In this document: one piece after another, positions 56,347 through 64,000 of the stretch | How the letters are laid out: every line of letters starts with the position of its first letter | Numbering within the stretch: position 1 is the stretch's first letter | DNA from: Deltaproteobacteria bacterium HGW-Deltaproteobacteria-2 | GTDB lineage: Bacteria > Desulfobacterota > Syntrophia > Syntrophales > Smithellaceae | DNA length: 64,000 nt | Reading direction: 5' to 3' | Assembly (NCBI GenBank): GCA_002840505.1 | Contig: PHBC01000001.1 | Coordinates: forward strand, 131,767-195,766 | Made by a program: the position numbers and the translations under genes | Notes under the pieces: model-generated | Databases searched by the model: none | What the model was told of the DNA's origin: nothing | The model's input: only the letters and a program-made list of their open reading frames with translations

Positions 56347-57062
56347 GTGAAAATGAGCGATAACTACGTTTCGTGGAAGTATTGGCTGTTGAAGGACTTC
56401 GATATATCTATTGCCTGTGCCAAGAAAATACTCATTTCTCGCTTCGGTAAGGAGCAAGGCAAGGCCCTCATAAGGGAGTCGCGCCATGAATATGACATCC
56501 TGATACCACAGATTCCTTACATTGGTGATAAGAATCCTTTCCTAGTCTTCCTGATTCCATCGAGTCGAATTTTTACGATTTATTGAGTACTACAAAGACA
56601 TGGCCAAACAGTCAAGGATGCTGGACAACTGATTTATGAGATGAGCGAAGCGATGTGCAAAGTTATTCCAAAATTTGTACGATGGATGATTGGCTATATT
56701 TGTTTTCCCCGATGGTATTTAGGACACGTGAAAAAGTCGGCGATAGAATCTCAGAAGCGCAAGTATCCCAGTGATTTTGTCATGACCTATGTAGATGGCA
56801 ATGGCCGTGACTTTGACTTCGGCTTTGACTACAACGAGTGTGCTATCTGCAAGTTTCTCAGCGCACAAAACTCTTTAGAATTGGCGCCGTATATATGTGC
56901 TACGGACAAGTTTCTTAGAGATATGTTAGGTTTGGGGTGAGTCGAACCATAACCCTTGCCGAGGGTCACGAGAAATGTGATTTTTGGTTTAAGAAGGGCG
57001 AGAAGACGAACATGGTGATGCCTCAATCGTTGAATCATTTAAATAAATCAAATATGGCATAA
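56347..57062 (+). pseudogene. Disrupted gene resembling the L-2-amino-thiazoline-4-carboxylate hydrolase family (family assignment tentative)
   Basis: ORFs 56347-56586 and 56641-56940 are in the same frame, separated by an in-frame TGA (56584-56586). The conserved C-terminal block VSRTITLAEGHEKCDFWF continues in another frame after the G-run at about 56933, implying a 1-nt frameshift. Confidence 0.5.
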
Positions 57063-57249
57063 CAACCACATGCAACCGATTTGTTCCACAGCGTATACGG
57101 CTGATGCAAAATGTTGCACCTTTCAAATCGTAATTCACAACGTAAAGACTTTTCAAAGTCGTTTGTTTGTAGGTGAAAGAGATAGTGGCAAGTGGTCATT
57201 TTTTCGTAGTATAAATAACTGTTTTATAAAACAAACAGCTAAGAACACA

Positions 57250-57297
57250 TGATTCGTAATCAGTAGGTCACCAGTTCGATTCTGGTCATCGGCTCCA
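57250..57297 (+). repeat. Displaced tRNA-Thr 3' fragment (att-type direct repeat, ending in CCA)
   Basis: 43 nt are identical to 53475-53517, followed by CTCCA. Confidence 0.85.
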
Positions 57298-57531
57298 GTA
57301 AAATCAAATATTTAAACAAATTGTCCGAATATTTATTTTCCCCCGTGCTACCCTGTATGCTACCCTTAGGTATGATTATTCGTGGTTTCTGGTTATGTTG
57401 AACTATCATAAATTTTAAAGAAGAAATTATGTTATTTTTGATGCAAAATTTTTATTCCCCTTTTGTAAGAAGATTAACACGTGAAAACAAAAATGTAAAT
57501 CTGAAGGGTAAAAGGCTTCTTTTTTTACCCC

Positions 57532-57560
57532 TTGACATTAGCAATCAGCAGCAGTATCTT
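57532..57560 (+). promoter_or_regulatory. Sigma-70-type promoter with no downstream CDS
   Basis: TTGACA-17 nt-TATCTT. The predicted start (about 57567) coincides with the first base of a 17-bp closing helix. Confidence 0.5.
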
Positions 57561-57566
57561 AAAGTT

Positions 57567-57746
57567 GAAGAGTGCTGCAATGCCCAGACGATATTAGTGA
57601 AAGTTACACCATTTCACTGGAGGTGATTAAAACAAACCTTACTTTTGGGTATTGAGTGGTAATGCTGACTGCTAGAAAGCAGTTATAAAAATAAGCTGAT
57701 TACAGCTTATGAATATAATGCATTGCGGTGCTCTTCATTTTTTATT
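57567..57746 (+). ncRNA. Candidate structured ncRNA of about 180 nt, family unknown
   Basis: The closing helix 57567-57583 / 57720-57736 has 17 bp, three of them G-U pairs that work only on the plus strand. Inner stems are CCAGA/UUUGG around AGUGAAA-9 nt-UUUCACU, UGACUGCU-agaa-AGCAGUUA and AUAAGCUG-auta-type-loop-CAGCUUAU (57691-57710). AUUUUUUAUU follows the closing helix. No plausible ORF is present. Confidence 0.4.
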
Positions 57747-57872
57747 GTGTTCACCAACTAACCCTTAAAAATCTAGCACCATAAATTAACGATTACCGTT
57801 TGAAAAGGTTAATCTATTGTAGAATTGCTGGATGCTTTGCTACAGGGAGTAAGACATTTTAGACAAGTATAC

Positions 57873-58244
57873 TTAGGCAGGATTAAGACGTATACACTCT
57901 TTTTTCCACGAGATGTAATCCGCAAGTTTCTTGATTGCTTCGCTGGGGGTGTTGACGAATTCCACGCCCGCTTCATAATACCTGTCCTCAAAGATGATTT
58001 TTATCCATTTTACTTTTCCGAAGGCGGTTATCTTTTGTTGCAAATCCTTTAATGTGAAATCCATCTTGAGGATGGTATCAATAGGTAAAACAATAGTGGC
58101 CCTAATTCTGGCACCGGACACAGAGATATCCTTACTGTGGCTATATAAGATTTCTTCTTTAGGAAGATTATCTTTTCCGGAAACGACAGATATGACGATC
58201 TCATTAACATCTTTCAGTCGTTCCGTTTTCCTTTCTTCTTTCAT
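57873..58244 (-). CDS. PilZ-domain protein (c-di-GMP receptor type)
   Basis: 123 aa with an N-terminal R-rich motif (ERKTERL) and a D-S-GG-like block (DISVSGARI) typical of PilZ. Confidence 0.65.
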   Translation of the reverse strand: MKEERKTERLKDVNEIVISVVSGKDNLPKEEILYSHSKDISVSGARIRATIVLPIDTILKMDFTLKDLQQKITAFGKVKWIKIIFEDRYYEAGVEFVNTPSEAIKKLADYISWKKECIRLNPA

Positions 58245-58316
58245 AACGATCTATTCCTTTTAATTTACTCTAGGATGTTCGTTTTTCATACTTTACGTCA
58301 AACCCTGCTTATTCAT

Positions 58317-58345
58317 ACTATAAGAAACGCTTTCTTCTATGTCAA
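58317..58345 (-). promoter_or_regulatory. Sigma-70-type promoter upstream of the PilZ gene
   Basis: The minus strand reads TTGACA-17 nt-TATAGT. Confidence 0.45.
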
Positions 58346-58658
58346 TTAAATCTTGGCGACAAAATGTGAGGTGCGAATTGTGTTTATTTCCAATTGAAAT
58401 TTTGCATTTTCGTTGAGATTGACGATTTATTTGTTACAGGAAGAAGGAAATAAAATCCAATTTACGATCCGGTAGCATTGTTTAGTTCACCTACAAACAA
58501 ATAGATTAATTAAGCAGAGATAAGTGAAGATTACCGCTTAAAAGAGAGCAACTCCTATCTCACGGGAAGGACTGAGCACGCGCCGATCCGATGAAGTGTT
58601 TGGTTAGCGTATTTTTTATGAACTAAGTTTCTCCAGAATAACTGAATTCCAATGCTTT

Positions 58659-58997
58659 TTATCGATCTGCCAGCCATTCCTTTGCCTGTTCTATAGTATC
58701 GAACAGAACTAGTCTTCTGCCGAATAATTTCATTACCCTGCCAGTCACACCTACCACTGCCGCCGCAACCACATAAGGCTTGTCGCCGGCCACGAATTCC
58801 TTCATGGCATCAATCACCTCAGGATCGAACCAGGCGTCGGTCACGTCCGTAAGAGAGAAAACTGATGCCTCGGGCTGGTTTCTGATGATTTCTCTTGCGT
58901 TCGCGATGACCGCAAACATCTCCTCAGCACTGCATTTGGACATATCTATATAAAGAAGCTTCTTTCCTTTGTACTCGGTGAAATATACCCTCTCCAT
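58659..58997 (-). CDS. SpoIIAA/STAS-fold-like small protein (tentative)
   Basis: 112-aa ORF whose length and pattern resemble the STAS/SEC14-like DUF family. Recognition is weak. Confidence 0.4.
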   Translation of the reverse strand: MERVYFTEYKGKKLLYIDMSKCSAEEMFAVIANAREIIRNQPEASVFSLTDVTDAWFDPEVIDAMKEFVAGDKPYVVAAAVVGVTGRVMKLFGRRLVLFDTIEQAKEWLADR

Positions 58998-59166
58998 ACA
59001 ATTCCTTCCGGCAAAATTTTACTGGCTATTATTTAATATTTTCTATCTCTTTTTGTCCACACATTTCTTCAACCATTTTTTGATGATTTACGATTGAAAG
59101 AGTGAAAAAAATATTTTAATAATTTGCGTTTGAAATATGTTTTTATATTGCGCTGTTTTTTCCATA

Positions 59167-60222
59167 TCACGCAAGCTGATAGCTTTTTTCCCGGAATAAT
59201 CTTAAACAAGCATCGGCAACCGTGTTGTCATAAAGAATTCCCTTATTTTTATCGATCTCTTCAAGGGCTATTTTAATACTCCAGGCCGAACGATAGGGGC
59301 GATGGGAAGCCATGGCCTCCACCACATCCGCCACGGCCAGAATACGAGCCTCCATAATAATTTCATCCCCTTTCAGATTTCGGGGATAACCGGAACCATC
59401 CATTCGTTCGTGATGCTGGTGAACAATTTGTGCCAACGGCCAGGGAGATTCGACATTTTTAAGCATTTCGTATCCACTCCGCGCATGTTCTTTAACCAGA
59501 GAAAATCCCAATTCTGACAGCTTTGTGGGCTTGGCCAACACCTCCACGGGTACGGATAATTTTCCGATGTCATGTATAACACCGGCCATGCGGATTCCCT
59601 CAATTTTTTCCTGATCCAATCCCATCTCAGCGGCAATAGCGCAGGCCAGATTTGCAGACCGGGACTGGTGACCGGCTGTATAGGGATCTCTGGATTCCAG
59701 AGCGGACACCAAAACCTGAACAGTTGTGTTAACTGCTTTTTTGAGATCGTTAATGGTTTGTTGAAGTTTTTCCTCTTCCCGCTTGCGTTCGGCTATGTTT
59801 CTGGTTATAGCCATAGAAGCAGGCCTGCTTTCGTATTGGATAAGTTTTGTTGATGATTCTGTTTCTTTGATCGTACCGTCTTTGCATAAGAGTCTTACAT
59901 GAAATATTTCGGGTATGTCCTTGCCTTGTTCACGCAGAGCAACTCTTTCTTTTATCACAGAGACAAAATCGGGAGGCACCAAGTCATATATTGATTTACC
60001 AATCAGTTCTTCGACTGTATATCCGGATATTTCTGCCTGGCGTTTGTTGGCAAACTTAATAATCTCATCTTGAATAATCGAGATACCATCCGGCGCGTTT
60101 TCCACAACGGTTGCATATTTTTCTTCACTAACCCGCCGGGCATCATCTACCTGATTGCAACGGTTGACATGATCCAGTGGTCCAGTATTTTTTTTATGTT
60201 TTTGGGCACTCTTATTTTTCAT
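59167..60222 (-). CDS. PAS-domain HD-GYP phosphodiesterase
   Basis: A PAS region is followed by HDIGKL and HHERMDGSGYP motifs. Confidence 0.85.
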   Translation of the reverse strand: MKNKSAQKHKKNTGPLDHVNRCNQVDDARRVSEEKYATVVENAPDGISIIQDEIIKFANKRQAEISGYTVEELIGKSIYDLVPPDFVSVIKERVALREQGKDIPEIFHVRLLCKDGTIKETESSTKLIQYESRPASMAITRNIAERKREEEKLQQTINDLKKAVNTTVQVLVSALESRDPYTAGHQSRSANLACAIAAEMGLDQEKIEGIRMAGVIHDIGKLSVPVEVLAKPTKLSELGFSLVKEHARSGYEMLKNVESPWPLAQIVHQHHERMDGSGYPRNLKGDEIIMEARILAVADVVEAMASHRPYRSAWSIKIALEEIDKNKGILYDNTVADACLRLFREKSYQLA

Positions 60223-60369
60223 TTTATTCCTTAATTCAAGACCACGTTAATAACCGATTTGGTTCAAGTTTTCATTCGGGTTGAATTTATATCAAACATT
60301 AAATTAGAATTCATTACTTTTTTTACTTATTTCCGATTGAAATTCGGCGACAATAAAATAAACTGAAAA

Positions 60370-61752
60370 TCATTTAATAAATATAAAAAGTCTGCGAAAA
60401 ATATATTTTAATCTTTCGAGAGAGCGAGTCGCAACCAGAACATTAAATATGATCCCGGGGCGTATATAAAACTTTAAAAATGCCAGAACAAACAACCATG
60501 TAAATTTCTGTTTAGTAATACCTTCAGGTATATATGGTCTCAGATCCTGTCCCATCAAATCCCAGTCTATAGTTTTTAATTCTTTCTTTATCAGTAATTC
60601 ATCAAATATCTCCGTGCCGGGCGTGGGATGAAAGGGAAAGAAATTCGCACCAGAAAGAGGCAGACTTTTAGCCAGCCGTATTGTTTTATAAATATCTTCC
60701 TCTGTCTCCAGAGGATACCCCAAAATAAAATTGCCGATAATTTTGATATGAGTTTCGGCATTAATAAGATTTATTTTACTCTTTATAAGATTAAGGGTTA
60801 ATTTTTTTTTCATATGGTCGAGAATTCGCTGAGACCCTGACTCGATTCCCACGGTTAATAAATAACAACCTGATTTTTCCATTAAATTTAATATGTCTTT
60901 ATCAATCAAATCCAAGCGAATACCAAAACAGGACCATTTTATATTGATCTTCTGTTTAATCAACTGTTCACACAAATCACTAACCAGGTTCTTGAAAACC
61001 AAAAAATTATCGTCAATGAAACACACTTCTTTGATTCCAAAATTTGACTTCAAGTATCTTATTTCCTCTATTATATAAGAAACACTATGGGACCTTATTT
61101 TATGTCCGGTAACCGAACGGCAGGAGCAGAACGAACAATGATAGGGACATCCTCTGGTCATAATAAGAGGAGCTACAATTTTCGATTTTGTAAGATAGGA
61201 TGTCTGAAATGGATAATTGCAGGGATTTATTAAATTCCAATCAGGATGTCCCAGTGAGTCCAAATCTTCCGGAAAAACGGGAGGATTACTTTTTATTTCG
61301 CCGTTGTTTCTCCAAATCAAACCAGGGATCTGTTCTTTTTGGGCTATATCCAAATTCGGGAAATTACTTATCAAATCTGACAGGCCCGCTTCCGCTTCAC
61401 CTCTGATAGCAAAATCGGCTTCTTCAAAATATTGCAGCGTTTGTTCCGGAAAAACTGAAGGATGAGCTCCGCCGAGAATAATCTTGGCATCAGGGCGCCT
61501 TTTTTTAACAAGTAACAAAGATTTCTTAACTGAAGGTAAATCTGTGGAAAATACCCTGAAGCCGATAACATCAAAATCAAAGCCGGCAATATAATCCTCA
61601 AATTTTTTAAAAGTCATTCTAAGATTGACACAATCCAATATGGCAACCTGATGATTTTTTCTTTCCAAAGCCTTAGCCAGATAGCCTAATCCCAGATCCG
61701 GAGAGGATAGAGAAATATTGCGAGTGACAGGATTTACCAGTAATACTTTCAT
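60370..61752 (-). CDS. B12-binding-domain radical SAM protein
   Basis: An N-terminal Rossmann-like B12 domain is followed by the TRGCPYHCSFCS (CxxxCxxC) cluster motif. Confidence 0.8.
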   Translation of the reverse strand: MKVLLVNPVTRNISLSSPDLGLGYLAKALERKNHQVAILDCVNLRMTFKKFEDYIAGFDFDVIGFRVFSTDLPSVKKSLLLVKKRRPDAKIILGGAHPSVFPEQTLQYFEEADFAIRGEAEAGLSDLISNFPNLDIAQKEQIPGLIWRNNGEIKSNPPVFPEDLDSLGHPDWNLINPCNYPFQTSYLTKSKIVAPLIMTRGCPYHCSFCSCRSVTGHKIRSHSVSYIIEEIRYLKSNFGIKEVCFIDDNFLVFKNLVSDLCEQLIKQKINIKWSCFGIRLDLIDKDILNLMEKSGCYLLTVGIESGSQRILDHMKKKLTLNLIKSKINLINAETHIKIIGNFILGYPLETEEDIYKTIRLAKSLPLSGANFFPFHPTPGTEIFDELLIKKELKTIDWDLMGQDLRPYIPEGITKQKFTWLFVLAFLKFYIRPGIIFNVLVATRSLERLKYIFRRLFIFIK

Positions 61753-61881
61753 GAAGTAATTTTAGATATTTTAGAAATTGGTTTGATAAGGAACTGTTTG
61801 CCCATTAATAGACACTAAGAATTTATGTTCTTCATGTCAAGGGAATAGTGCAGCCTCTGGCAGGTCGAAGGCTTCCTACGC

Positions 61882-63354
61882 TCACTTTATTAACAACTTG
61901 CGGAAATGATAGCCAAACATCATGAGCATTACAGCTTCTCCTAAGGACTGACGATAAGAAATTAATGCCTTGAACAGCAGTTTCCAAAAGTAGATGCTGT
62001 TACTCCACTTGTCGAAAATACCCATATAAAGAACGGAATTGAAAAAAGCAATTATTCCCAGTAACGTTAACGGGCGAGGCCTTACGGGCTTGTACGTCCT
62101 AAGAAATTCGAGAAGCCTTGTATAGTATTCTTTCGGGGAATATATATAATTCAGAACAGCGCTGTAGCCTTCTTTCAGCACTTGCGGATCCATTTTGGGA
62201 ATGAAATTCAAGGATCCGTCACAGTTATCTCCGGAGCAGTCATCAATTAGGCGTCCTTCATCCTTAAGACGCTGGTAAAGGCGGGTTCCCCGAGGTGCAT
62301 TGAGCAACCCGATCATGGCCAGCACTACACCGCTATTTTGAATGAACTTTATCTGGCGTTCGAAAATGTCAGGCGGATCGTTATCAAAACCTATGATAAA
62401 TCCACCCATAACCTCCATTCCGTTTCGCTGTATCGTTTTGACCGCTTCTACAAGATCCACCGAACGGTTCTGGTGTTTGCTGCATTCCGCAAAGCATTCT
62501 TCCTCCGGCGTTTCCAGACCAAGAAAGACATGGCCAAAGCCCGCCGCCGTCATAAGTTTCATGAGCTCTTCATCCTGAGCCAGGTTTACCGAAGCTTCCG
62601 TGTAGAAAATAAATGGAAAATTTCTTTTCTCCTGCCATGTTTTGAGCTCCCGGAGGAGTGTTTTTACCTTCGATTTATTTCCGATAAAATTGTCATCCAC
62701 AATGAAAAGACTTCCGCGCCAACCTATTTCGTAGAGCCTGTCAAACTCACGGATCATTTGCTCATTGGATTTTAATCTGGGATATCGTCCATAAAGATTT
62801 GTTATATCACAAAACTCACAATCGTAAGGGCACCCTCTGGAATACTGAACTGACATTGAAGCGTAGATATTTATATCTATAAGATCCCATCTGGGAAGTG
62901 GAGTCAGATTAATGTCGGGTTTTTCCTCAGTTGTATAAATTCGGCGCGGGCTTCCATTGGCCAGGTCCTTCAGAAACAGGGGAAGAGTTATCTCCGCCTC
63001 ATTGAGAACCAGGTAATCGACATCGTTAAAATCATCCTTATAGCTTGTAAAAAGTGGGCCGCCACCTACTATTACTTTGCCCAGAATGCGACATCTGGCT
63101 ACAATCTGCCTTACGGACTCCTTTTGAACTATCATGGCTCCGATGAAAACCATGTCGGACCATTTAATTATTTCATCCGAGAGGCTTTCAGTGTTCATGT
63201 CTACCATCTTAATGTCCCAATCCTTGGGAAACATGGCCGCGACCGTCAGTAGTCCCAAAGGAACGTGAAAAGCCTTTTTACGGATTAATTTCATAACATG
63301 CCGAAAATTCCAGAAAGTATCGGGTATCAACGGATTAATGAGTAAAGCTTTCAT
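61882..63354 (-). CDS. B12-binding-domain radical SAM protein (with a DUF4070-like C-terminus)
   Basis: An N-terminal B12 domain and SRGCPYDCEFCD, plus a long C-terminal extension. Confidence 0.8.
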   Translation of the reverse strand: MKALLINPLIPDTFWNFRHVMKLIRKKAFHVPLGLLTVAAMFPKDWDIKMVDMNTESLSDEIIKWSDMVFIGAMIVQKESVRQIVARCRILGKVIVGGGPLFTSYKDDFNDVDYLVLNEAEITLPLFLKDLANGSPRRIYTTEEKPDINLTPLPRWDLIDINIYASMSVQYSRGCPYDCEFCDITNLYGRYPRLKSNEQMIREFDRLYEIGWRGSLFIVDDNFIGNKSKVKTLLRELKTWQEKRNFPFIFYTEASVNLAQDEELMKLMTAAGFGHVFLGLETPEEECFAECSKHQNRSVDLVEAVKTIQRNGMEVMGGFIIGFDNDPPDIFERQIKFIQNSGVVLAMIGLLNAPRGTRLYQRLKDEGRLIDDCSGDNCDGSLNFIPKMDPQVLKEGYSAVLNYIYSPKEYYTRLLEFLRTYKPVRPRPLTLLGIIAFFNSVLYMGIFDKWSNSIYFWKLLFKALISYRQSLGEAVMLMMFGYHFRKLLIK

Positions 63355-63406
63355 TGGTCAGGTACCTTTTGACGGACTACAAAAAAGCGTGGTTAATTAA
63401 TCCTCT

Positions 63407-64000
63407 TTATATTTGCTTTTCAGAAAAAATTTTAGATTTTAATATCCACATCATTTGCTTCATATATAATGCTAAAAAAAGTTTTATTCGTGGACTTCTA
63501 TGTTTGACGGCTAAATAAAAAATAGAATAAATAAAAATAGGCAGCTTGATGAAGTAAGGTATCTTTTGGGATGTGCTGTAAGTCAGTTTCTTTCTTAAAA
63601 AAACCGGCACAGCGGGAAGAACTTTAAGGATGAAATAATATTCATCGTGAAAATCATGGGATGCCGGAGAGGTTTCAAAATAACTGTGAGGATTACGGCC
63701 ATGATTTATTAAATCCAATTTTTCAGCATTTAAAATATTATGTTCAAAACCCTTCTCAATGATTTCAGTCTGAGGATGATAGGACATCCAGTAGGGCTCT
63801 ATAATATCAGGCATGTTTTCAATAAAGAATAGTCTGGCTTCCTCGTAGTGCTCTATAGTATCGCCGGGCAACCCGATAATGTAATCAGCAAAAGAGACAA
63901 TTTTATGCTTCTTCAGAATCTGAAGGGCTTTCATTATATTGGCGTTTGTTTCGTTACGTTTTAAATATTTTTTACGGTATTCTTCATTAATATTTTGAAT
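63407..64000 (-). CDS. Third radical SAM paralog, C-terminal part only (N-terminus beyond the right edge)
   Basis: The reading frame stays open from 63934 up to 64000 (my own translation: IQNINEEYRKKYLKRNETNANIMKALQ...). ADYIIGLPGDT is the conserved late radical-SAM block. The C-terminus is hydrophobic. Confidence 0.7.
   Translation of the reverse strand: MQNINEEYRKKYLKRNETNANIMKALQILKKHKIVSFADYIIGLPGDTIEHYEEARLFFIENMPDIIEPYWMSYHPQTEIIEKGFEHNILNAEKLDLINHGRNPHSYFETSPASHDFHDEYYFILKVLPAVPVFLRKKLTYSTSQKIPYFIKLPIFIYSIFYLAVKHRSPRIKLFLALYMKQMMWILKSKIFSEKQI

Larger units (their letters stand above)
53520..57249. mobile_element. Decayed integrated island at tRNA-Thr (no integrase retained)
   Basis: The element is bounded by an exact 43-bp direct repeat of the tRNA 3' part (53475-53517 and 57250-57292). 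The distal copy continues as C-T-CCA, which would give a perfect G1-C72 acceptor pair plus an encoded CCA. That continuation looks like the displaced original tRNA 3' end. Confidence 0.6.

Noticed and set aside
56584-56586. In-frame TGA between ORFs 56347-56586 and 56641-56940 as a possible second selenocysteine codon
   Set aside because: The position aligns with a basic residue in the family pattern I recall. No hairpin follows. The same gene also carries a frameshift near 56933 and sits in a decaying island. A nonsense mutation is more likely.
57501-57531. Hairpin GGGTAAAA-9 nt-TTTTACCC just upstream of the ncRNA promoter, as a terminator
   Set aside because: It is AT-rich with weak pairing, has no upstream gene on that strand to terminate, and overlaps the -35 region. 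It is not reported as a feature.
57429-57626. 65-aa plus-strand ORF
   Set aside because: It has no RBS. It spans the predicted promoter and the 5' part of the structured RNA candidate. Its amino acid composition looks random.

Overview
This 64-kb chromosomal window is AT-rich (about 40% GC by eye). The gene content suggests an anaerobic Desulfobacterota-type bacterium, which is an inference only. All family calls come from motifs read in the translations; no database search was run.

Gene content, left to right:
- A partial HdrA/GltD-type flavo-FeS oxidoreductase.
- A long minus-strand cluster: a selenocysteine (in-frame UGA) formate dehydrogenase with sulfhydrogenase-type beta/gamma partners, then a five-protein phosphorelay that includes a sigma-54 activator. 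It lies divergent from an oxalate/formate-family MFS transporter, and candidate -24/-12 promoters sit on both sides.
- engB, a GT2 glycosyltransferase and a secreted protein.
- A second sigma-54 histidine kinase/activator operon, divergent from an orphan signal-peptide-bearing ATP synthase c-subunit homolog and an output-less dCache membrane protein. An AtpZ-like gene lies nearby.
- RNase P RNA back-to-back with rpmH-rnpA-yidD-yidC-jag-mnmE.
- An HDAC/Nudix/NRDE block.
- A ten-gene shikimate/Phe/Tyr supraoperon (aroF-aroB-pheA-aroDE-aroA-aroK-aroC-tyrA-cobB).
- Outer-membrane genes and tRNA-Thr carrying a decayed 3.7-kb island.
- A PilZ/HD-GYP module and three tandem B12-radical-SAM genes.

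Most notable finding: the aro supraoperon is preceded by a consensus-like promoter, a 32-codon leader ORF with 8 Tyr/Trp/Phe codons in a run of 9, and two terminator hairpins with interchangeable CCATGG arms. Together these look like an aromatic-amino-acid attenuator.

Other leads:
- A promoter-to-U-tract candidate structured ncRNA of about 180 nt.
- An inverted pair of MITE-like repeats that exactly brackets aroC-tyrA-cobB.
- A family of modular palindromic intergenic repeats.
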